Shown one piece after another: positions 38,774 through 51,657 of a stretch of 64,000 nucleotides of DNA. Origin of the DNA: Podarcis cretensis. Lineage: Eukaryota. Made by a program: the position numbers and the translations under genes. A model generated the notes under the pieces. The model did not search any database and was not told where the DNA came from. It saw only the letters and a program-made list of their open reading frames with translations. The first letter of the stretch is position 1. Each line of letters opens with the position of its first letter. Where the stretch lies: positions 60,016,001 through 60,080,000 of the forward strand of contig OX638151.1 in NCBI GenBank assembly GCA_951804945.1, given 5' to 3'.

Positions 38774-41700
38774 ACTTTTCACCAAATCTTTGTAACTGTT
38801 TCCTAAACAGTAGTCCCAACATAAGTGTACAATACCACTGAGCAATTAAAAAATGACTAAACGGCCATAAAATATCTAAGGACTTCAGCAGGAATCAACT
38901 CTGAAAAAATACAATAGGACAAGAGTGTCTTCATCTGCCTGCAGAACAACATCGAAGAGAGTGGCAAATAGAAGGCGCTCCCCACTCCAGAGACCCACGG
39001 AGTATGCAAGCGAAGAGGGGCCTCCACTGCTGATGACTTTGGGGATGAGTCCTGCAAAGTCTCATTCATCTTATTTGGTGGATGATTTCTTCTCCAGTAA
39101 ACAATAAGCCTGCCATCCAGAGCCATTGACAGAAATGAAACCCAGGAAGCATTGCTGTTGCCAATTCTGAGAAACATATGTGATGTAGCTACAACAACAA
39201 ATATGATTGGCTGTTTGGTATTGTGACATCCTCATATTCACAATATGATCTGTGACTGGCTGAGAACCAGTTTGTTAGGAAGAAGAAGTTGCTGGGGGGG
39301 GGGGGGAATACATGAACAGATAGAACAGTGGAAAAATTAGGGGGTTACTTGAGAAGGTTCTAGGCACCTCAAAAGCCCCCATATCACACTAAAAAGAGCC
39401 ACTGGGCTTACCTATATAAAAAGTGTGCTTGAGTGAAAATATGCTCTCAGCTGGGATCTAAGCTCCTTCGAGCTCTTACAGGGTTTTACACAACTGTCCA
39501 AGCTGCCACCACCCACAATCAACACAAGAATAAAAATAGCAACAAGTAACACCAACAAGAACATACACTGCTCAGGGCTTCTCTGGATGTATGAAGCAGT
39601 GTAGAAGTAGAGTCAGTTAGACCAAATCAAGAAAAAACTAGGTAGCCCAGAGTAATGAAAAATATATTTTACAGTCCAACAGTTCTTTTTCCTGTCAGGT
39701 GGGACATGCCCAAGGTGACAATAGATAGGGTGGGTAACCCTGGAAGCGTAGGCTGGAACACACACTGTCAAAAGAGTGCCTCAGCAAAGGCAAACATGTT
39801 CAGCCAAAAGAACTATGCGCACAACAACAAACTGCCAAGGAACCTGGCTGAGGGAAATGCCCTCCAATAACCCAAAAGGGGTGAAAAGCTCAAAATCTGT
39901 GCAAATAATAGTCAGTGAAAAAGAATTTATTTTAAATAGGTGAAGTTGTGTGGGACATTGGGGGTGGAGGGGGGCAAAGTACAGTATGAAACAGAGTGGG
40001 AAGTGGTAGAGCTGACAACAGAGGAAAAACAAGGCTAGCCGAGTGAACAAAACAGCAAACTCACAACCAATCAACTCACCGCCCTCCAGGACACAAACAT
40101 TAAACTACCACAAAAAACAACGCTGAGGCAGACACACAAACAATTCCACACACACATGGAAGATGCTACATTTATTCTCTCCCTTTAATAACACAAGGAA
40201 CAACCACAAACAACCAAGACCAGTTGACAGGAACAGTCAAAAAAGGGAGCCTGAGCCAAGGGAGAAGGAGACTTCTCTGCATGAAGGGAGGCGTTTAAAC
40301 TGGTGGGGGTTGGCTGCTTGAAAGCACAACTTTCATTTAGCTGCAATCACGTCCCACTTGAGAGCATCTTTAGTCAAAAGAAAAATGATCACACAAAAAA
40401 ATTAGGTTATGCATTAGACAGCACAGCCACCAGCCCATGGAAGACATTCCAGAATATGAGGACTACTCTTTCTCATAAATGCTATCTTGCTGTCCATATA
40501 GGATGGTACTAGAGATATGTAAGTTCTCCTCAGATTACTCAAAAACTATCTACGATCTTTCAACATTTTTGAGGAACCTTTTAGAAGAAATGGCCCCACC
40601 CAACCCTGCCATGAAATCATATAAACAGTAAATAAAATTCTGGAATTGCTGCAGCAAAAAACTGCTATTAAGCAGTCAAACAAGTGGGAAGATTTTTTTT
40701 TTCAGAACCTACCATTAGGGTATGGAGTTTCACAGAGGGTTAGAAAATCAACTATTGAATAATCCATTTCTAAAACAGCAGTGCTCTTTCCGTGCATAAC
40801 TGTTAAACAGGGTCTTCTTCCTACAGTGTCATATGACAAGCCACCTGACAAGATGATAAAAGGTTCTCTGGAAAGAAAAAACAAACAAACAGTTAAGATT
40901 ATGAGAGACAGCATTAGGAGACTTATCATCTGAGATCAAGAGAGTAACCAATAGCACTCTACACTGTATATGTGGCACAATATACCACTAACCTTTTGTG
41001 TTAGGTGTGCTTGGCTTAAGAGTTGTGCAAGAACACAGGTTTGCCCAACAGACTGAACAACTAGCTGAAAAAATCCATTCCCATTGTGTTGATCTGTGTA
41101 AATAGAAGCACTTCCTTGTCTTTTAAACCATATTTTAAGCAGTTGGACAAACTATTATCAAGGATTCAGTACACCTCCCCACTTATTCAGAAAGATGCAT
41201 ATGCAAAATGCTGCCAAGGAATGCAACTAATCTTACTAAAACTTGTTTTTCCTTCCTTAGATGTGCCATACAAGTGTGAAACTCAAAATTCACTTTTAGG
41301 TAGGACCAGCCCATCCATCATGTGGACTGAGACAGCTGCCTCAGGCAGCAGAATCCAAGGGTCAGTGTCTCCATGAGTGCACCACCTGCCTCTGTGACAG
41401 CAGCTTCTGGCAAGATCTCGCAAACCTTTTGTCAGATCTCACAGGAAGCCGCCACTTCTCGTGTCTCTGGCGCTGTACCCCCTTGCCACCAGAGAAGAGA
41501 GAAGAAGCAATGACAGCTTACAGGTTCTGACAAGATCCCCCTGGAAGCTGCTGCAACTGCCTCTCCTCACTTCTGCCATGGCAAGGAGGACGCCCCACCC
41601 ACCATCACCAGAGAAGCAACAAGTGGCTGCAGCAGCAGGCTCCAGCGAGATCTTGTGGACCTCGTGCAATAAAGACTCACTATTTTCTCTTTTAGATATG

Positions 41701-44700
41701 TACTACATACAAATGGAGACCCACAAAGTGATATATTTGTGATAAATCTGAACGTAATCCTGAATCTGAACAGTAGTGTGGGAATAATTTATTTCCCCTG
41801 CACATGATGTATGGAAGTCTGACAGGTTAAAATGCATGCCACACCCCAATTCCATTCCCTTTCCTTATTCTAGGATTCTTTAAACTTGCAAGGGCAATGC
41901 AGAGCCTGCACATGTGTGAAATAAGTTAGGATTAAATAAAAATCACTTCCTCTGCAATTCAACCCATGACAGGGGTCGAAGAGCCCTCAAAAACTCATCA
42001 AATCCTAAACTGGGAAGAAATTCTGGTTAATCATTTAGCCTCTCCCACTTCCAGATTACTGTAAAATGTAAGGCGTTTTATGTTAATTTTGCTCCCTCTG
42101 TTTTACTTTCCACTACCCCCAGCTCAGTGTTAAAATTTCCCTTGAGGTTTTTCTGTGTATCTGAAACCAGTTTCCCCCCTGTGTATGCACAATGACATTT
42201 TTCCTGCCCAAAGTAACATCCACTTTACTACAGCAGCAAATGATTTTAATGTATATTCCACACCTACATATAACAAATCTGTAATTTAAATTGTTGCAAG
42301 AATTTAAGAGATTTCTCATTCAATTAATTTTAACAAATAAATATTTTTTGCATGAAGGTTGTATGAAGACAAAGTGTATGGAAGTTTGAGAAAACATTTA
42401 CTTTCACAATCATCTTTGCTTCCAGTCTACTTTTATGCAGTAACAACAACAACAACAACAACAACAACAACGCTGAATAGAACTTAAGGTTTCATGAATA
42501 AACAAAGTGGTGGTGGGTTTGTCACATTTTAAAATCATGGAAGTACTTCAAGAGCTGTTTAGATTATTTTGCCTTGCAAAGTCCTTATTTTTTCTCTACA
42601 AATATCCAAAACAAAGTTAAGTAACTATTTCCTAATTCTTACCCAGCTCTGGTAGTTTTGTATTCCACTTTAAGAATAGGTTTACAAGGCTCTGGCTTCT
42701 TTCCATCTTTTACCTGCTTTCCTAAAACAAAATATTTTCTTATTTACAATTAAAAATAATTTGATAAATCTCAGAAATCACACCAAAATCTTAAGAATAG
42801 TCCCATATATTTAAAAGGTTATATAAACACTACCAAGTGTACATCATACTATCCTTGCAGATTTAATGCAAATAACTCAATTGCTTCTCTTATAAACAGT
42901 AGATATTTGGCAGTAATAACCAACACCCCATGTGCTCTCTTACCTGGGAGAAAGTCTCAATCCACTGAAGTCAATGGGATTTACTCCCACATAAACATGC
43001 ACAGGACTGAGTTGGAGAATTATGAAGAATAAAGAATTCTTTCCCCTTCATTGTATTGCTGTCAGAAAAACTACTTTATTTCAACATTTGGTCGTGATAT
43101 ATTTTAAAAGAAAGCAGGTTTGACCAGCAAATTGCCAGTTTCACAAAAAATCATCTCCACTATATAAACACTGTATAAACTGATTAGAACCTTTTACAGT
43201 TACTAATTTACATAAATAGTGAGAACCTTTACAGGGCTAATAGGCTAATTACATGTTCTGCTAATTTCTAAGAAAGCTATACAAAACTGCAAAGCACTGC
43301 AAAGCAGGTAAAACCTAGACATTTTTACGTCAATGCATAAGTCTGATAAGGTGCCACTGGAGACATCTTTTTGGACATACAATAGTAAGATTATGATCAT
43401 ACAACACATCAAAATTCCTAAAGTTGTGAAAGGTGTACACAAATGTGTACAACAGTGTAGCCTTGGATTTTCCCTGGCAATCTTATGATAAATGTACTAC
43501 TGTGCCTGCACTTAGGGTGAAAGTAATCTTGGATTACACTAGTGTTGTGCTAGTTTGATATATGCTGACTCCTTCCACCCCCTCACACATTAGGTTAGTA
43601 GTTGGCATGCCCATAATAGCCAGGAAAGCTAACTTTTGAAGCAGCTCTGCAGACATCAGTGTTTAGCTCCACGGCATGAAAACCTTCACCTGCTGCCTTC
43701 TGCACATTAAGCATTTGTTGAAACCACCGGAGGAGACCAGGTTGTTGCCCCTTACTGAGCTAGTTCGCAACCCTAATAAAATACGTAACCAGAAAAAGCT
43801 GCCTGGTCCTATTCTACCTTGGGACACAAGAGGTGCACCTGAACTAGTTTTCTTTTGCAATACTGCCTAGATTAATAAACAACTCCACACTTAGCCTCCA
43901 AAGCAATGGACTTTCAAAGCCAAATCCTGACTACAGGAGACAAGGCAGGTGATATAAGCAGCAGCAGAGTTGCAAATATATGGTACAGTTTAATACCTTC
44001 TTTCAGCACATGGTCCTCAAGAATAGAGTGGCATGAAGTAGCAGCCACTGGTAAGCAGTTTAGATGACTTCGCCTGCAAATCACTCTAAAGCATAATGTA
44101 TACACAATGTTGACTAGAACACACTTCCATTTTGAACTTACCATGTGGAGTGATTGTCTGAAATGGCTTGGTAGGATTCCTTACATTCCATATAGTCAAG
44201 GTTCCGTCCGAATGGCTACAGATAAATTGCTTTCCTTCGTGGTGCCAAGCTACAGAATGGATTGCCTGATCAAAGGAGGGGAAATCAAAGCAATAAGCAG
44301 AAATCTTAACAATTTCATTCAAATATTGCTTAAATACTCCACCATAGTTCATGTGATTAAATAATGTGATAAAATACTATTCTAATGCAAAACTGTAACA
44401 CTGATTCTGAAGATAGTTTTCTTTAACAAATCATTTTACGTGTGTTGCGAAAGCAGTTCAACTATTTAAACTTTGTTCGGTTTAAAACTGCTATTGAAAA
44501 CCTAATACAGTGGTATAGTACAGTGGTGCAAATGAGAAAAACATATATATATATTTCCAATTGCTTTTGGTGTACTATAGTCTGTTAAACTGAAGAGAAC
44601 ACCTGTATCTTTTGACAAGGGTACAATTGTCTGCAGTATTGGGGAAAGACACAATTTTCATAATGACTTTGTTTCAATGCTATGCTTCCCTACAGCAATG

Positions 44701-47700
44701 TACTCTTTGATCTTTTTAGCTAGCATGCATTTTGTATCAAGATTCAATTGCCATAATCAATGCATGTGGAAGTGAGCTAGCCTACAAAATGTTTCCTATA
44801 CAATTGATTTTGGAAGTCTGACTGGTCAACTGGAATTGCATCATGTGATAATTGGTCAACCTCCTATCTGATGAAAATCATAAAACTTTCACATCATGCT
44901 ATATTAAAAATGTACTATTAATCAAGAACAGAGAATTCTCCTGGTGTAAATCAGCATTCATCAACATCTCACCAACTATGCACAACTGAAAAGGTGACAT
45001 TTGATTTTACAAGGCAATGACAAACTTGATTTATAATAAAATGAGAATCAGATATGACATGTAATAAACGGGATCTGCACTCCATAAAGGCTTTGCTATA
45101 AGCAAAAAATGAATCCAGTTTTTAGACTTACTAAGACTACTGCATTAAAACACATGTATAAAATATTTATCTTATTATTTTCTACTTTGACTAGAACATT
45201 AGATTGCTGAAGTCATACACATGAAGTGCAGGACTAACATCCTGCAGTGGTGTCCAAACTTTTTTCAAAGAGGGCTAGAGTTGTTGAGCTTTTTTTAGGA
45301 TTGAAGGACTAGTAGTGGAAGTAATAAGAGTTTTTTGTTGTATGCAGCAATCATCAGCTAACACAGCAAAATACTTCAGAGAAATTCTTCAAAATAATTG
45401 CAATGTAACAGTTAAGACTATTGAAATTTCTGTAATTTGGGAGCGCCTGGACAATTCATAGCAATGCTAAATAACAATCTAGTACTGTTACTAGAAAAAC
45501 AGCTCTAAAATTTAAACTTATTTAGAAATATAGCCACCCCTGCACTAGAGTAATAATGTGGCCCAGTCAGATGCCGTCCAATTTCAACTCCCATCAGCGC
45601 CACGCAGAACAACCAATTGTCAATGATTAGGGGTTATTGGGAGTAGTAATTCAACAACATTTGGAGGACCACAGACTAGTTACCCAAGCTTCAGAGACTA
45701 TACCTGTGGTTTTCAGTTTTCCACTAGATTAGATCTTCTAACTGCTAAACTGGTCAAGAAATCCCAGAATTCCCAGAACATACTTTGTAAAAAGTGCTAT
45801 ATGCTACATTGACTATTGGATTAATTACACGTAGACTTGAAATTTTTGAACTATAAAAACTCAAGGCCAGTGATATTTTACATACAACACATTTGAAAAG
45901 GCATTAAAATGTAAATTGAAATTAGTCCATCAGATTAAAACACAAGGTGAAAATCAGTTTAACAATGAGCCCTGTGACTTGAATATTCCAGCCAAGTATA
46001 CAGCAATAATCCTGCATTAAACTATTATGAAACAAAGCAAACCACAATGTACTACTTTTTAAAAAATAAAATTCTTTCAAGTTAAGGAATTGCTCATTTC
46101 CTAAAATGCCTGTAGCGTAGCTTGTGAAACCAGATGCCTTTCTAGGTTTCTTTGATGTCATTTTTATTTCCCCACATTATATAGCTACTTCTAGCTATGG
46201 TATAAAACGAAGCAAATGTATCCTCTCTGTATTTTTTTACTTCTATCAGTGCAGTGGTACCTCGGGTTACAGACGCTTCAGGTTACAAATGCTTCAGGTT
46301 ACAGACTCTGCTAACCCAGAAATAGTACCTCGGGTTAAGAACTTTGCTTCAGGATGAGAACAGAAATCGCGCTGCAGCGGCGCAGCAGGCCCCATTAGCT
46401 AAAATGGTATCTCAGGTTAAGAACAGTTTCAGGTTAAGAACGGACCTCTAGAACGAATTAAGTTCTTAACCCAGGGTACCACTGTACAGATTCCCAAATT
46501 ATTCTATCACTATGCTGCAATATCAGAAAACTTTGATACAAGACTTCATAAACTGTGCATTCATAGCATCAGAAAGTCCACATGACCATGTTTTTATGTA
46601 TCACAGCAAAAGTCAGGGTCAAGAAAGAGAAACAGAAGTGACTCAACAATAACACAGGAAAGTGATGGAAACATTTATTGTCTCTGTACTAAATGTTGGT
46701 ATCAAAGGAACAACAAAAATGAACAAAGGCAACTGCATGAGGAAAGGTGCAATTTTCTCCTGTAGAACTGTAAAGCAGATTTCCCTCTTCATTCTGGAAG
46801 GGGTCTAACTGCACACTAGTGATGTGAAAGTCCATCATGACAGGAATCATCAGGCTAGGAAATGTTGTGTATTGCAGATAGAGAAGCCTTGATTGCAGGG
46901 ACAGGGAACCTCCAGCCTCTAATTAGGTCTGCCAGGCCTCCCCATTTGGCCTAAAGCCCAAGCCACACCCACTGGCCTATATCACGTCAGGACATGACTG
47001 GGCCAAAGGGGGTTTTGTAGGCACTACTGATCATTTGCATCTCAAAGCCCTGGCACACAGCACTTTGACTGTTGGGGCTTGCACAGTTCTGTAAACGGTC
47101 CTTTTACGCCATAAAGTTTAAGGGGAAAAATTAAAGTATTTTCCTGTTCTGCCTTTGTGAACTTGTTCTAAATGATTCTTTGATAACAGAAAGCACACTT
47201 AAGAATACATTTCCTGGAGCTTTGGGTAGAAGAGATGCCAAGCCAAGCCTTCTGCTACACATCAAAAATCTGAAGAAGTGTGCGTGCACACAAAAGCTCA
47301 TACCAATAACTAACTTAGTTGGTCTCTAAGGTGCTACCGGAAGGAATTTTATTATTATTTTATTTTATTTATTTTGTTTCGACTATGGCAGACCAACACT
47401 GCTACTACCTGTAATCAAATCCCACCACTTCACACTTCCCACCATGAAAATATTGCTTGTTATCTGTCAGCTTCTTGACAACTGATCCTTTCCTCAATTC
47501 ATGAGCAAGAACAGCGTAATTTAGAAGACAACCGGGGTGGGGGAAAAGCAGGAATCTGGGTAGCTTTTCAACCTATATGCTTTAATAATACCAACTGCAA
47601 ATTAAGACCCTGGTTTGCAATTACTCAACTTCTACAAGTGTACAGTGCTCCATTCCTCTTCAGTGATGATGAGCTGGATATATAAATTTTAAAGCACATC

Positions 47701-50700
47701 ATTTGGGTGCAATCCATCTGTGGGGGCAAAACCTGTCTGCTACTCCTGACCACAGTGAAGTAGACCCCATTAGCAGGGCTGACACAGAAAGCTGAGAAGA
47801 TGCAAACTGTAGCCCTTCGGGTCCCTGCAATATATAGCACCTTCTTCCACCTACACCCCATTTTTGGGTAATATATCCAATAGGCATTTCCCAACATTCT
47901 TTGTCTCATGGAAATGTCATGGATGCTTTAGTCGAGATTCCTGCACTGCAGGGGGTTGGACTAGAAGACCCTTGGGTCCCTTCCAACTCTAAGATTCTAC
48001 AAATAGGCAGAGAGATAGAAATGCTTGGAACCACTTGAAGCAGGGAAGGCACTGCATCCAAGATACATGCCCACCAAACTGGGGACCTAGTTTTGGAAGT
48101 GAAAGAAGCGGTGCATTTTAAAACTATTTGTCATTCTCCAGACGGAGGAGCTGGATTCAGTTGGGATTGGGAAAAGTAAAGAATTTTATCCCACTTGAAC
48201 CAAGCTCCTTGCAAAGTGGGAAACAAGTATTTATTTTTTACATTTGTGACATCAGTATTCTAAGTGTGAAACAAGTGCAAATCTGCATGAAGGAGGTAGT
48301 TTCCTATCCATCACTGATGCCACTGCCAGAGGTACAGCCCATAAGACTTTATTAGACTTCTGTGTATGATATAAAAATATAGTCAATCGTTGGGTTTTCC
48401 TTCTGCAGAACCACAACTTGTAAAAAAGAGATTTTCATCAGTTCTTAACACAAATGGGCAGTAATGAGGAAATGAAAAAAGGGAAAGGAAAGTTCAAAGA
48501 ATTTATTTAGCTATCTAATAGACCCAACATATTTCAAAGAATACTTGCTTCAGGATAACTGAAACAGATAACTAGTACTATATTAAGAACACTGAATATT
48601 AAAATATCCTTATGTAAGAATATGCATACTATATCAAATATGAAAATAAACAAAATTAACATCCAATATCACCACTATTTGAGATGGTGGATGATGCACA
48701 TAATTAGATGTAATGTGTAAAAAGTGTTTCTTGATTGGTGTTGCCCCTCCCCTTTTTTATCATCAGGCAGACTTTGTTGCAGAAGGCAAAAATTCACACT
48801 GAAACATGGGAATTAGAGGTTGGGAGAGCGGGAGATTTCGCCTCTTCCCCAAGGTTGCTGAGTACATGCCTTGAGCCCATATACAAAGGCACTACTTGAG
48901 CCCATGAAAAATGCTCCATTTGCTACTTTTTCAGCTTTAACTATATTTGAAAAATTACATGAAAACATACCAAAATAGATTTGGTTATAACATTACCAAT
49001 TAAATAGCAATGTTCATACATGCCTTAATTTTAACACTGAAACAACTAAATAGAAACAACTTATTTACACTTACCATTTTTTCTCATTCTATAGATTATA
49101 TCTTCACGAAAACGTGCACTCCACAACCAATATTTTCAATTTTATTTTTATGTAAACTGTTAACAGCTGCCATGTATCTAGTTCCAATTGATAATTTTAT
49201 CTATTTCTTATAAAAGCTGTTAACTTAATCAGATTTTACTGCTCTCACATTTTTTCTATGATTGATTTGTTACTCATTCCTTTGGAGAACAGTTGAGTGC
49301 TGTCCCTAGGGAATACTGTGGTAGCATGGGCAAAACCTTTACCCTACTCACAATAGGTAACCTGCTTCCACTCAGAGGAACTAACGAGGGGGAAAGGTAG
49401 TGCTGATTATTTAGCGTGTCACTGATTGAAAACCCTGGGGGGGGGGGAGGTAGTCTCACGGACCTGCCATTATTGTAGGGATGTTGGTAGCAAGTTCACT
49501 AGCTATTATGCCACAATATTTTTTAGATAACTACCTGGATATGTTTTACAAATTTTGCTCAATATTCAAATTTTAAGTAGAATTATTAGTGCTAAATAAC
49601 TGACACCAGAGTAACCATTCATTAATACAATGTAAATGTTTCCATTGTTCACACTGGCACAAAACAAGAATTAGATTTGGGACTCAAAGAATTCACAAAC
49701 GTCTCCTAAAGCATCCACCTCCAATGGAAATCAGTAATGAAGATACATCCCACTCAACTAGCAGAGTCCCTCCTGCACACAGATATTATGGCAGATATGT
49801 AGAAAACCCTAAAAATGATACAACTCAATCGTTAATAAAATATTGATTTACGTGCTTGTTATATATATTCCACCCTCTGTTTCCAAGCAGAGGCATACCT
49901 AGGGGTTGGTGAACACGGCCCCTGCTAGGGGGCCCAAAATTCACCTATCAAGACTATGGAATGTATGGCGTATATGCGTGCAGTGATGCGCTGCTGCTGC
50001 GATCGTGGTCAGCAGCCTTCTCGCACCACAGTAGAAAGGTGTGCAGACTGTTTAGCCCTTCCTCCTTACCTCACCCTCACTCCAGATGCTTTGAGTACTT
50101 GGGTTGTGTAAAACGTAGTAATTTTTAATTCGGCTGTTGTGGTAAAGTGTTTTTCTTCTGTGTGTGTGTGTGTGTGCCAATACAGCTCATTGCCAAGGGC
50201 ACAAGGAACCCTAGGTAAGCCTCTGTTTCCAACTAAAGACTAGTACTTTTAAATTGAGAAAAATCAATCTCTAATCCACAAATTCCAAAGTGCTACTCTC
50301 ATAGAATTGTGAGAATGAATCCTTGAGTATCTGCACACCTAGAGTGCTCAGCATTTGTGTGAGAGGAACTCCAGAAGTATCCTTGCTTTTTGCTGTCTTT
50401 TAAAAATGGGTACTACATTAATGCAAATCATGTTGGAAATCAGCTTTAGAAAATGAAATTTCCAACTTGCACCACATGTATTGATATTTAAATTCAGAAG
50501 TTCTCCCACCTTCCTTTCAGAACGATTAAAAAAAATTATAGGGTTTCTAGGGAGAAAAACATATCCAAAGTCTGCTCCTATAGGCTACACTGACTGCCCA
50601 TGAGGCTATCAACTATAATGCAACTAACTCCTAGCCTAATCACACTCACTAACCTTTGGGTGTAGGGCAAATTCCAGTCTTGGGGTTACAGCAGGGGGCC

Positions 50701-51612
50701 ACATTAGTGACATCACACATCAAAAATAGGCTTCTGCCTCCTGAATGGACTGAAGACTCGTCATAAGATGTCCTAAAAAAGGAAAATATTTTCTCTCTTT
50801 TATAGAATGCTCCCTTAAATTAGCCAATATGCTCCTCGTTTTGGAGTAATCATGGTTACCAGGGCAGCATCTAGAATGAAATACCAGAAACTGGTATTTG
50901 TCTTTAAATGTCATTCTGATTAAACAAGTTGAGAACAATTTAGCATCTTAGTAGTCGTGATGATTTCCATATGCCTAAAAATGGGTTTCTGACTGCTTGT
51001 ATGGAACTTCAAAAGAAAAAGGACTATTTGGCAGAGAATAAGCATACAAAAAGCAACAGAAAAAAGTTATGTAACATCACACACAACCAATAACAGCATC
51101 ACTACTAGTTTCCTTCTACTGTGCTTATTTCACAACTATTCTGTAAAATGTTAATTTGCTAGGTGAAAGGGCAACTCTGGAAAAGATACTATAGCTACAC
51201 AACTCAGCCTCCATAAGTTTACATATGTAAACAACAAAGAAAATGGAATTACCGGTAATACCCAATGTTTTTGATTAAGTATCTGAACCACTGGAATGTG
51301 GGGATAGGGATACTTGTTCAATATCCTGTGTTCATAGCAGAAAGAGCATTACTACAGGTCATCAGAAAATTTCAATAACAACTGCCCTGAAGGCTTTGAA
51401 ATCAGCCAGAGTATTGCATTGCTATGAAAACAAGCACCGTGACAGTGATCGTAACCTTAAATTGCAGTTTAAATAGACACCAAGGACTAATAGAAGGCTT
51501 AGAGACCTTCTCCTCTTCAAAACTGTCCAAAAGACTTACCTGACATATAAAGGAATAAAGGGAGATGCCCAGAGTGACTGGGGAAACGCAGCCAGATGGG
51601 TGGGGTATATTA

Positions 51613-51657
<45 letters not shown>

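Noticed and set aside
45245-45310. cagtggtgtccaaactttt, a hAT-like TIR
   Set aside because: No partner TIR or TSD found; too short to classify.
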